From Octopus vulgaris (lineage: Eukaryota): a stretch of DNA of 64,000 nt. Of this stretch, positions 40,480 through 51,400 are shown one piece after another. Numbering within the stretch: position 1 is the first letter of the stretch; each line of letters begins with the position of its first letter. Below the pieces are notes generated by a model, which worked only from the letters and a program-made list of their open reading frames with translations, did not search any database and was not told the origin of the DNA. The position numbers and the translations under genes were made by a program. The stretch is taken from positions 75,640,001 to 75,704,000 of the forward strand of contig OX597822.1 of NCBI GenBank assembly GCA_951406725.2, written 5' to 3'.

Positions 40480-42904
40480 TTAATGTAGGATTTGGGAGGT
40501 TGACATGAGAAATAGATAGACCAGAGAACATACGCTAATACCGACATAACAAATAACATAAAACTAGAATTCTTGAATTATTAAGTTTCTTGCTCTGAAG
40601 GGCAAGTGCCATAACTAAGATATTTTTGGTCTTTTGCACAATTTAAACAATAATGAATTAAGGAAAATCACTCTGATCGGCCAGTGGCACATATTTGAGT
40701 AACAAAGACAAATACATGTACGTCAAGTACCATACAGTATGAATTTCTGATTTCAGGAATTATCTCTGCCTTCAGTTCTCTTATAGTCACCCAGTAGCAA
40801 TTAAGACCAGTTCCGCTTCAGAAAAGGAAACAGTCTCAGGAATCAAGATTTCTCCAAAACTGATATGCCATTAAAGAAAAGCATATGTTCATTGTCTGGA
40901 GATAAGAAGATAAACATGGACATGTGTTTCTGTCTCAATAACCGTCGTTAGCACGACAGTTGACTAAGTTTATCTCGAGTATCTGTAAATTACCTAGAGT
41001 AAATTACTTGGGTCATAACACATTTATGACCCTGGTAATTTACATAATTTAAGCAAAACTGTGAGTGGCCAGTGGCGATCAAGCTTTTCCCAGTGTGAAT
41101 GTAGCCCAGGATCACATTAGTCACTGTAACCTTTTATTTAAGATATTATGTTATGATTTCAGGCAGATAAGGATGCCGTTTCTAACAGCGCGACTAACTA
41201 CGTAAAGAATCCTACTTGAACTCGCATTGGTGACTTGAGGAGAGAAGGGAAACCAAATCTGCTTGGCTGGAGATGTTATGCAAGAACTCCATTAGAGGAA
41301 CAGGTGCTATTATTAAAAATAAAAGAAATCACTATTAGTTTCAAATTTTGGTACAAGGCCAGCAAGTTAACAGAGAGTGAGTAAATCGATTATACCAACT
41401 CCTGTCTTCAACAGGTACTTTGCTTATCGACCCGAAAAGAAAAAAAAGGCAAAGTCAATCTCGGCTTTTTGTAGTTACTGTCATTGATTGGCATCGAGAT
41501 ATACTAACTGAACACCCCTATGATCATAGACGTTTTAGACGTGACTATCCAGTCTCTATTTATGACTACACTAACTAATTTGCCCTTCTTTCTTCACACA
41601 TTCTTGTATAGTTTAAAGATAATTTCACTGCAAATTCTAGCAAATCAGCGAACAATGTAGTGTCTTCTTTGTCCGTTTGCAAATGGCGGCGGAGAGAATG
41701 CAAGCAGCATTTCTTTTAAGATGGTAGAGTATGACTGGAGAGAGATCTGGCTGATGTTCCTGGCTGGTAAAGCGACCACAAAGATATCTCTTTTCGGCTG
41801 GAGTCCTATTGTAATAACAATTACGAAAGAGAGACTAGTGTTAGTATTGTGCTCGATAAGGTTGGGAAATGTGATTTTACCGATACAAGAAGCACAAACT
41901 ATGGAGAAACGAACCAGCGATGGGGCTTCTACATGGTTGCATTACCTACCTAGAAATAGGAGGCAAATATCACTGAAACTAAACTCCATAGTGTTCTAAA
42001 TGGACGCGCAAGACAATGTACACCAGGGTAACATGTACATGAGAATAAACGAGATAGCCATTGTTGGAATACCTTTGATAATACATTCTCTCGATAAAGT
42101 TAAATTGTAACCAAAAAGAAACCAACTATGATAACACATAAGAAAACGAATATTCGTTCTTATCATTCACGGTAAATTTATAGTATAATTTCATAGTTCA
42201 GGGAAATAACATTTAAAAAAAATTTGTTAAGATCGTATTGTTATGAATTTTGAAATGTAACAGTTTTACACAAAGGTCACGAGAAGCAATCTGGAATTAG
42301 AACCAGATTCTAAATTTTTATAATAAAAATTGCGTGAGGTACACTAAACGCTATGAATGTATTTTATAAGTCTGCATGCGCGTATGAAAGCTAAAATTTT
42401 CATGAAACTTTTTCTATTGAAATCAAACTTCCATATCCTTACTAGTGCATTAATATTCGTATTTGTAGTTGAATATCAAATAAAAAAAAATTAATTTAAA
42501 CCAAAAGACGTGACGTCAATGTTAAACCGCAAAGGTTTCAAAAGCTGGTGCTGCTAAATTTAGGTTTGGTATGTGGGTTTGTGTAACGGAAGACAAGTGA
42601 AAACATTTCGATTTTATTCTCTCCATATCAGAATAGACACTGCAGGGAAATGCCGAACACTGGTGTACAAAGATAATTAGTAAACGAATATATTGAGTAG
42701 AATACTAGCCATTTCCAACGCAGTTAGTAGGTTTCCTAGTTATTATTTCTAATGCAGTTTATAAGTTTGCACGCTATCATGGAAATTTTAACTTAGATGG
42801 AAATACTTAATATCCAAAGGGAGTTGCAACATTCTCAGCAGTCCAGGAGCACATTAATAAGAGCTTGCATTAGTTGATACGTACATACATACATACATAC
42901 ATGT

Positions 42905-43250
42905 GGAGGCGCAATGTCCCGGTGGTTAGGGCAGCGGACTCGCGGTCATAGGAACGAGGTTTCGATTCTCAGATCGGGTGTTGTGAGTGTTTATTGATCG
43001 AAAACATCTAAAGGCTCCACAAGATTCCGCCAGGGGTTGGTGGTGAACTCTGCTGTATTCTTTCACCAGAGCTTTCTCTCACTCTTTCTTCCTGTTTCTG
43101 TTGTACCTGTATTTCAAAGGGGCCAAACTTGTCGCACTCTATGTCACGCTGAATATCCCCGAGAACTACGTTATGGGTACACGTATCTGTGAAGTGCTCA
43201 GGCATTTGCACATTAATTTCACGAGCAGGCTGTTCCATTGATCGGATCAA
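42905..43250 (+). mobile_element. SINE family A (older copy)
   Basis: Colinear with 38809-39150. Confidence 0.85.
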
Positions 43251-43325
43251 ATGGCGTCTTCTTTCAGTGTGTGGCATTACTTCTAGCAACTGCCCTTACT
43301 GTAATTACACACACACACACACATT

Positions 43326-43356
<31 letters not shown>

Positions 43357-43529
43357 ACACACACTCATGTATTTGTATGAGAGTGATTTCGATGTTTCAG
43401 AATTCTAGCCCTTTTCATACATTACGCAATAACTGCCACTCCTATCCTTGTAAAAGCATGTTATCCGTTGGCATAAGCCTACTAATGAGTGTTTGTGTGT
43501 ATTTCCCTCTCTTTCTCTCTCTCTCTCTC

Positions 43530-43590
<61 letters not shown>

Positions 43591-43858
43591 ATACAATTAA
43601 GAATGCTACAAGTGGCACCAACACACTAAAAGTAGCAGCCAGAAGACGACTACAACCACAGAATTTGAAATCGGGGGAATGAGCGCAGAAAGCCCTCGTA
43701 CCAATAACAAAAAGAATTGTAAATTGAAAAGCCAGACATACCTGGATTGTCAAACCTTGTGAAAATGTCAGTTATCTTCAGCTTGTCTTACTGACCCAAT
43801 GGTCATAGAGACTGCCCATCTCAATCAATGTGCGCGATATATAAGTTACAGAGTAAAA

Positions 43859-43892
43859 GTTTAACATTTCGGATATAGTCCTTCGTCAGATC
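43859..43892 (-). ncRNA. Degenerate minimal hammerhead motif
   Basis: RC: CTGACGA-A-GGA(CTATA)TCC-GAAA-TGT-T-AAAC; same layout as 54532; stem I damaged. Confidence 0.5.
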
Positions 43893-43929
43893 ACGGAGGA
43901 GTAGAGAGTTAGCAAATAAATAAATAAAT

Positions 43930-44307
43930 TGGAAGCACTCCGTCGGTTACGACGACGAGGGTTCCGGTTGATCCGAATCAACGGAACAGCCTGCTCGTGA
44001 AATTAACGTGTAAGTGGCTGAGCACTCCACAGACACGTGAACCCTTAACGTAGTTCTCGGGGATATTCAGCGTGACACAGAGGGTGACAAGGCCGGCCCT
44101 TTGAAATACAGGTACAACAGAAACAGGAAGTAAGAGAAAGTTGTGGTGAAAGAGTACAGCAGGGATCACCACTATCCTCTGCCGGAGCCTCGTGGAGCTT
44201 TAGGTGTTTTCGCTCAATAAACACTCATAACGCCCGGTCTGGGAATCGAAACCGCGATCCTATGACCGCGAGTCCGCTGCCCTAACCACTGGGCCATTGC
44301 GCCTCCA
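43930..44307 (-). mobile_element. SINE family A, full length
   Basis: RC of the 38809 copy; CAAATAAATAAATA flanks both sides. Confidence 0.9.
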
Positions 44308-44565
44308 CAAATAAATAAATAGATAAATAAAATAATGCATATGCTAGGTCTATGTCGACTGAAATGCGGAGGGAGTGCTTGTTGGCATGTGCTAGGGAAG
44401 GTGAAGATGTGTGAGTGCGGTATACGTGTACGGAATACGTATATCCATATATATGTTTTCTTTGTGTATACATGAGTGTGTTTGTGTGAGAGTTATGTGT
44501 TTGCGTGCCTGTGTATAAGTGAGTATGCGTGTGACTTGGCATGTTTGGCATACATTATATATGTA

Positions 44566-45192
44566 ATTCTTTTCTTCTCTAGGCACAAGGCACGAAATTT
44601 GGGGGAGGGGGCAAGTCGATTGGGGCGACCCTAGTACGCAACTGGTACATAATTTATCGGCTCCGAAATGATGAAAGGCAAAGTCGACCTCAGTGGAATT
44701 TGAATTCAGAACGTAAAGACACGATATACCCCTAAGGATTTTGCCCGGTGTTCTAACGTTTCTGCCAGCTCGCCGCCTTGGTTTCAATATATAATCTTTT
44801 CTTCACTCGGCACAAAATCCGAAATTTTTGGAGAGGAGGCCAATCGAGTAGATCGACCCGGGACACAACTGGTACTTAATTTATCGTCTCCGAAAGGATG
44901 AAAGGCAAACTTGACCTTGATGGAATTTGAACTTAGAACGTAAAGACAGGCAAAATACAAATGTCTTTACTACCCACAAGGAGCTAAACCCAGAGGAGAC
45001 AAACAAGGACAAACAAACGGATTAAGTCGATTACATCGACCCCTGTGCGTAACTGATATTTAATTCATCAACCCCGAAAGGATGAAAGACAAAGTCGACC
45101 TCGGCGTAATTTAAACTCAGAGCGTAACGGCAGACGAAATACGGCTACGCATTTCGCCCGGCGTGCTAACGTTTCTGCCAGCTCGCCGCCTT
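44566..45192 (-). mobile_element. SINE family C tandem cluster
   Basis: Three core boxes and two heads. Confidence 0.85.
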
Positions 45193-46199
45193 AATATGTG
45201 TGTGTCATTGTAGGTGCGACGGATGGGCAGCCGTGATCAGTCTACGTGTGTGTAGAGAAAGAGAAAAGGGCAGAGAAAGAAAGAGAGAAGGAGAGAGAGA
45301 GAGCATTGAAGAGCAACAGAGTGAAGAATTGCGTTCGCTATTTTAGTTCTGTCCCTTTTAGTTTTTAGGTCACATCTACCAAAAGCGTGTTTGCTCATTA
45401 CTTCCCATCTTAACGAGATCGATAAAAATAATTCTTGCCAGGATCAAGTTTGCACATTCGTTTTTATCCGAATAAGATCGATAAAAATGATTGTCATCCA
45501 AGTATTGCACTCAACTTTATCGACAAAAGTGTGGTTTTTGTGCCAATTTGTGAAACATTAGGACTTAAAAAAAAAAAAAACTTAAGTAGAAATATTTAGA
45601 AATTAACATGAAAATATTGCAAACCCCTGGGTAGATCGTCAATGATGGCTTCCTCAGCACATCCGACTTATAATTAAAGACGACATTGCACTTGATTGGA
45701 AATTATCTTTTTGCAATAAAGCCTTTCATCTACGTAAGTAGAAGCTAATTGGCTTTTAACAGTTTTTTTTTATTAGCTAGTCCATTGTAGTCCTTCCTAT
45801 TAGCGGCAACGTTATGTAACATATCAATCATATCTTCAAAACTAAACGCTTGCTAATAAGAGTTCTGATATTGTCAAGGAATTAATCCGTTTTATTTGTA
45901 GATAATGGCCACCGTAATTGTTGTGAAAGACGGAACCAAACCTCTAGTAATATAATTAAGTTCAGTGTTTAGCGTATTTAATGCAGGGGAGCCGCAACAA
46001 GCTAAATAGAAATAATTATAAGTGCTGAGAGAGGAACAAAACTGTTTCATTCCATAATTGATATTATTTTAATTATTTCTGCAAGTAAGGAAGAAGACTG
46101 CGCATATATTTCGGAGTTTATCAGTGAAGCAGCATATATTAAGGCGTCAATAAAATCGGTTCATTTTCTTTTTTTTTGAACTTGGCACTACATCGTCTT

Positions 46200-46588
46200 A
46201 TCTTTTATCTTTTTCTTGTTTCAGCGATTAGACTACGGCCATGCTGGGGCACCTCCTTGAAGAATTTTTATTCGAATGAGTCGACTTCAGTGCTTATCTA
46301 CTTTCTAAGTTTAGTGCTTATTCATTCGGTCTCTTTTCCGGAACTGTCAAGCTATATGGCCGTAAACACACCAACACTCGTTGTCAAAAAGTGGTGGGGG
46401 ACACAGATACAAGGAGACACACGCGCATGCGACCGTGCACACTATATGCGACGGGCTACTAGCAGTTCCCGTCTACCACATCCACTCACAAGGCTTTGGT
46501 CAACCCGAAGCCGTAGTAGAAGACGCCCAAGATGCCACGCAGCAGTACTGATCGCGGAACCAAGTGGTTGCTTTCAAACCACATAGAT
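46200..46588 (-). mobile_element. SINE family B, degenerate
   Basis: Recognisable tail and core. Confidence 0.7.
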
Positions 46589-46591
46589 GCT

Positions 46592-46847
46592 TGTGAGATA
46601 AGGGCCAAGTAACTAAGATTTCCTGGTCATGTGGTGAGGAAAGAGGGTCTAGAGAATTTAACAAAAACTGGAAAGACTAAAAGAAAAGAAGCAGAGGAAG
46701 GAGAAAGATGGTACAGATATTAAGCTTGAACTGGTTGGGAGAAAGAGGCATTAAACATCAGAAGTGGAACTGTTGCAGAAAATAAAGAACAGAGAATTGT
46801 GGCAGGACATGATCGCCTGTGTCCTAAATTCCGGATATGGCCCCTAA
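46592..46847 (+). pseudogene. RTE-clade LINE ORF C-terminal relic
   Basis: Frameshifted LRFPGHVVRKEGLENLTKTGK..KRSRGRRK...ELLQKIKNRELWQDMIA..GYGP*, matching the GH..R...G...G.R.RGR...W motif of RTE thumb/C-terminus. Confidence 0.75.
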
Positions 46848-46880
46848 ACAAATTGTATTGTGGCAATAAAATAACATTAC

Positions 46881-47095
46881 TTAGAAATATTGCATTTCTA
46901 AATCACTCAGAGAGACTTATACAGTAGCAGCACAATAAAGTGCTTTGGTGCCAACTTAATGTGGCAGTCCCAGGAAAGGGAAGAATGCTGCGTCTTTTTA
47001 TCCCCAGCAAACATTAAGTTGGCAACAAACCATCACTTTATCGCGCTGCTACTCTATAAGACTCTCTGAGAGATTTAGGAATGCAATATTTCTAA
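46881..47095. mobile_element. Foldback/MITE with ~82-bp imperfect inverted repeats
   Basis: TTAGAAATATTGCATT...GCCAACTTAATGT (46881-46962) mirrors ACATTAAGTTGGC...AATGCAATATTTCTAA (47011-47095); inverted copy of the core at 47310-47380. Confidence 0.75.
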
Positions 47096-48324
47096 TTTTG
47101 TATATCAGTGAATTTCACTTGAAATTCTATAAGTTTTCAAAATTGAATAAGTATCGACAGTTAGAAAGCCAAACTACTCCAGACAGATAAAGTGCAATAA
47201 CTCTGAAACTAGTCTCTGGATGCTGGCTTTGCTGAGTGGAGGTGCTTATCTCCCCTATTTGAAAACTTAAGGACACAGAACGCTTGTATCACGTAGCTAA
47301 ATGGTAACGATGTTTCCTGGGGCTAAATAGCAGTAGTATTTTCCCCTTTCCTGGTATTGCCACATTTAAGTTGGCAACAATCCATGAATAATATTACTAT
47401 TATCATTTTAATTATTTCGGCAAGTACTTTAAAATACTCATGATGAATGCACCGGTTCTCGTCCGATTATATCAGTTGTGCAACCTCGAGCTTTCTTATT
47501 ACTTAGGTGGTCACCATTTATGAGGCTTGGATTCTGTAACCATCTTTCTACTAGGCATAACTGTGTGGTTAAAAGCTTGATATGCAAACCTGGATAGGTG
47601 TCTATCACTACAGATCCATGATTGTGATTGAATTTGGACGGCGAAAAAGATGTGGAAGCTGGACTTTGCCTTTTATCCTTTCGGGGTCGATAAATTTAAG
47701 TACCAGTTGCGTACTGGGGTTGATCTAATCGAATGGTTCCCTCCCTCAAAAATTTGGGGGCCTTGTGCCTTGAGTTAAAAAGTATATTTGTAAACAACGT
47801 GTTATGTCACCGGTAATTTTATTTCATGGAAATAAATCTTAGCTGTAATTTTTAGCACACTTTACAACCACTAGTATCTAATGTAAATGCGATAAACAAC
47901 TCGTTACATGCGATAAACAAATTACAATTCTTAGCAGAAAGATTTAGAATTAGATGAAATTTCTCCGGTAATTTTCTTTCACGTAAATAAATTTTTATGT
48001 TAATTTAAAGGAGAGAAACAGTTGGTTTTAAATCTCTGAGCGAGATGTTGGCAAATAAACTTTAATTTAAAAGATTTATCCAACAAATCTTATTTAGCTG
48101 TGATTTTTAGCACACCTTAGAGCAATCTCAATGCTCAATGACACGAAGAAAGAAACAGTAACCTGAACGGAGAAGTTGCTGTTTGCCAGTAGAGAGAGAA
48201 AGAGTAAAGAATGCACGGTGCTGACTAGAAAGGAAGAAAGGATAAAGGCGGGTCTGCTTTGATTGGCTATATGCAAATAAGTTCATTACTAGCGTCCGGA
48301 ACAGTCGTGGGGAACAAAAATTTC

Positions 48325-48361
48325 GCCTGACGTTTCGAGCCAGCGCTCTTCAACAGAAAGG
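48325..48361 (-). ncRNA. Minimal hammerhead motif with CUGUUGA core (PLE terminal relic)
   Basis: RC: CTTT-CTGTTGA-A-GAGC(GCTG)GCTC-GAAA-CGT-C-AGG; pyrimidine-rich leader as at 54490. Confidence 0.7.
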
Positions 48362-48453
48362 AATATGCAGAGAAGACAGACGGAGAGAGGTAAAGAAAAA
48401 TGAAGAAAATGTGTCTGGATTAAACGTTGCCCATTTTGAAATACATATTTATC

Positions 48454-48529
<76 letters not shown>

Positions 48530-48619
48530 CGCGTGCAGGGATAGATTTAAGCATGCTGGTACATCTTTGCATTTCTTCATCTGCCACAGCTTGACAATCA
48601 GTAAAAGAGTCAGAATATA

Positions 48620-49189
48620 TTCTTTTCTACTCTAGGCACAAGGCCCGAAATTTCAGGGGAGGGTGCCAGTCAATTAGATCGACCCCAGTATGCAACTGGT
48701 ACTTAATTTATCGATCCCGAAAGGATGAAAGGCAAAGTCGACCTCCGCGGAATTTGAACTCAGAACGTAACTGCAGACGAAATACCTATTCCTTTACTAC
48801 CCATAAGCGGCTAAACACAGAGGGGACAAAAAAGGACAGACAAACGGATTAAGTCGATTATATCGACCCCAGTGCGTAACTGGTATTTAATTTATCGATC
48901 CCAATAGGATGAAGGAAAAAATCGACCTCGGCGGAATTTGAACTCAAAACGTAACTGTAGACGAAATACCTATTTCTTTACTACCCACAAGGAGCTAAAC
49001 ACAGAGAAGACAAACGGATTAAGTCAATTATATCGACCCCAGTGCATAACTAGTACTTATTTAATCGACCCCGAAAGGATGAAAGGCAAAGTCGACCTCG
49101 GCGGAATTTGAACTCAGAGCGTAACGGCAGACGAAATACCGCTAAGCATTTCGACCAACGCGCTAAGGTTTCTGCCATCTCGCCGCCTT
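48620..49189 (-). mobile_element. SINE family C with three tandem core units
   Basis: Units start near 48680, 48864 and 49034. Confidence 0.9.
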
Positions 49190-49608
49190 AGAGTCAGAAA
49201 ATATTACAGGGTTAAAAGAATAAGTATTGGAATCAATGATCGAATCCACAACATCTTTCAAAGCCGAGCTAAAATCTGATGACTGGTGGCAAAATAAAGA
49301 ACGCTACAGAAATTTATCATGCAGGAGGATCTTTGACGCGAAAGTTTCTATATAAACATTTACTAATGGTGGCCGCAAATCCGAAGTGATTTCTGATGAG
49401 TAAGTCACCTTAGATACAATAGATAATGACTTCCATATACTGGATTGAAATAAAGAATGTACAAATCTTCCGTTTATTTGCCCAAGGCTTTTGTTTACAC
49501 CTTCCTTATATACAGTCCTAGCCAACAAAATAATGTATCGATATATTTCCTGTTACATATTCACACACACACACACACACGCACACACACACTTCTTTTC
49601 TCTCTTAG

Positions 49609-49721
<113 letters not shown>

Positions 49722-49725
49722 GTAC

Positions 49726-49791
<66 letters not shown>

Positions 49792-49874
49792 GTCTGTCTG
49801 TCTGTCCGTCTGTCTGTCTGTCTGTCTATCCATCTATCTATCATTCTTTATATATATATACACTCACATGTATT

Positions 49875-50092
49875 CTTTTATTCTTTTACTTGTTTCAGTC
49901 AGGAGACTTCAGGCATGCTGGGGCACCACGTTTAAGAATTTTAGTCGGATAAATCGACCCCTTTTATTTGTTAAGCCTAGTACTTATACTATCAAGCTCT
50001 TTAACCAAACCGCTAAATTACGGGGATATAAACACGCCAACACCAGTTGGGGGACAGGGACGCACACATAGATAAACACATATACATACATG

Positions 50093-50146
<54 letters not shown>

Positions 50147-50292
50147 ACGGGCTTCTTTTAGTTTCCATCTAGTAAATCCTTTGGTCGGCCCGACGCTATA
50201 GTAGATGCACTTGCTTAAGGTGACACGCAGTGGGACTGAACCCGGAAATATGCGGTTGTAAAGCAAGTTTCTTACTACACAGTCATGCTTGT
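49875..50292 (-). mobile_element. SINE family B, degenerate
   Basis: Tail, core and head recognisable. Confidence 0.7.
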
Positions 50293-50316
50293 ACTTATAT
50301 ATATATATATATATAT

Positions 50317-50550
50317 TCCCTTCTTCCCTCTTTCTCCCTCCCTCTTCCCCTTCCCTCTGCTCCCTCACTCCCTCTCTCCCCTTCTCTCTCCCCCTCTCCC
50401 TCTTTCTTCCTTCATCCCCCTCCTCCCCTTCCTTCTCCCCATCCTCTCCTCTTCCCCCTTCTCCTCCCCCTCTTCTTCCCCTCCCCTTCCCTCCCCCCTC
50501 TTCTGCCCCTCCCCCTCTTCTCCTCACTACACCACATGACTTTACACATC
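50317..50550 (+). repeat. Upstream pseudo-LTR-like direct repeat (partner at about 53716-54006)
   Basis: C/T-rich block TCCCTTCTTCCCTCTTTCTCCC...CACTACACCACATGACTTTACACATC occurs before and after the ORF. Confidence 0.88.
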
Positions 50551-50729
50551 TTTTCTGCCCCTATCGCTTACTTATCTAGTTTTTTCATACGATTATTATT
50601 TTTTTGTTTTTTTGAACGTTTGTTTTTTCCCCTTTTTTCGCTATCCTTTTTTTCTATTTTTTTCATACGATAATTTTTGTTTTTTGTTTTTTTTTGCTTT
50701 TTCGAACGTTTTTTTTCCGCTATCCCATC

Positions 50730-51400
50730 ATGCCGGATCCTAGGTCCTACCTCCTCACCCTCCATCACCGTTTGAAGGATCATCTACGTTCGCTTCCTGT
50801 ATATTGCCTTCAGCCGTCCGTTAATCTCTCTCTACTTCTTTTTAAAAAAACCCGCTTCTCTAGCCATGTCTCTTTCCTAAGCCGCTGCCTACATCACCGA
50901 CTCATCCCTAAAGGTTTCCGCCTCCACTTCCACCCTGCTCTCCACTCGGATTCTTCCATCTTACCCATACTCCGCACCACATCTTACCGCCTTATGCGGG
51001 CCACCATTCGCTCCAATCTCTCCAAACTACATGCCATCAACCGCCTTCTTCCTCCTGCTTTCTCCACCTTCTTCTCCTCTCTGCCGCCTCTCTATGCTCC
51101 AAACACGCTACGCTTCATTATCCATTTGAATCAACTCTTCCATCAATTTCTTTCTGATACCAAACTTCGTAAACTCCAATCACTCTTCCATTCTACCCTA
51201 CCCGACGCCACTACCCCAACTCCTCCACCACCCTTCTCCCCTCCCGATAGGCTCCATCCACCCACACCTAACCCCACTGCCCCTCCCTACAAACCCTTCT
51301 CCCCTCCCGATAGGCTCCATCCACCTACACCTAACCCTACTGCCCCTCCCAACCAGCCCCACACACCTCCCCAATCCCTCCCCCTCAGACCTCCACGAGA
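50730..51400 (+). CDS. PLE polyprotein N-terminal part (frame of ORF 50694-51707, first ATG 50730; right boundary approximate)
   Basis: HVSFLSRCLHHRLIPKGFRL motif typical of PLE N-termini; Pro-rich linker with a 63-bp tandem duplication (51231-51353). Confidence 0.75.

Noticed and set aside
48620-49189. CRISPR-like regularly spaced repeats
   Set aside because: Spacers are themselves repeated; eukaryotic SINE tandem units with no cas genes
50018-50673. Gly/Glu/Arg-rich and Pro/Ser-rich ORFs
   Set aside because: Readings of the C/T-rich pseudo-LTR block
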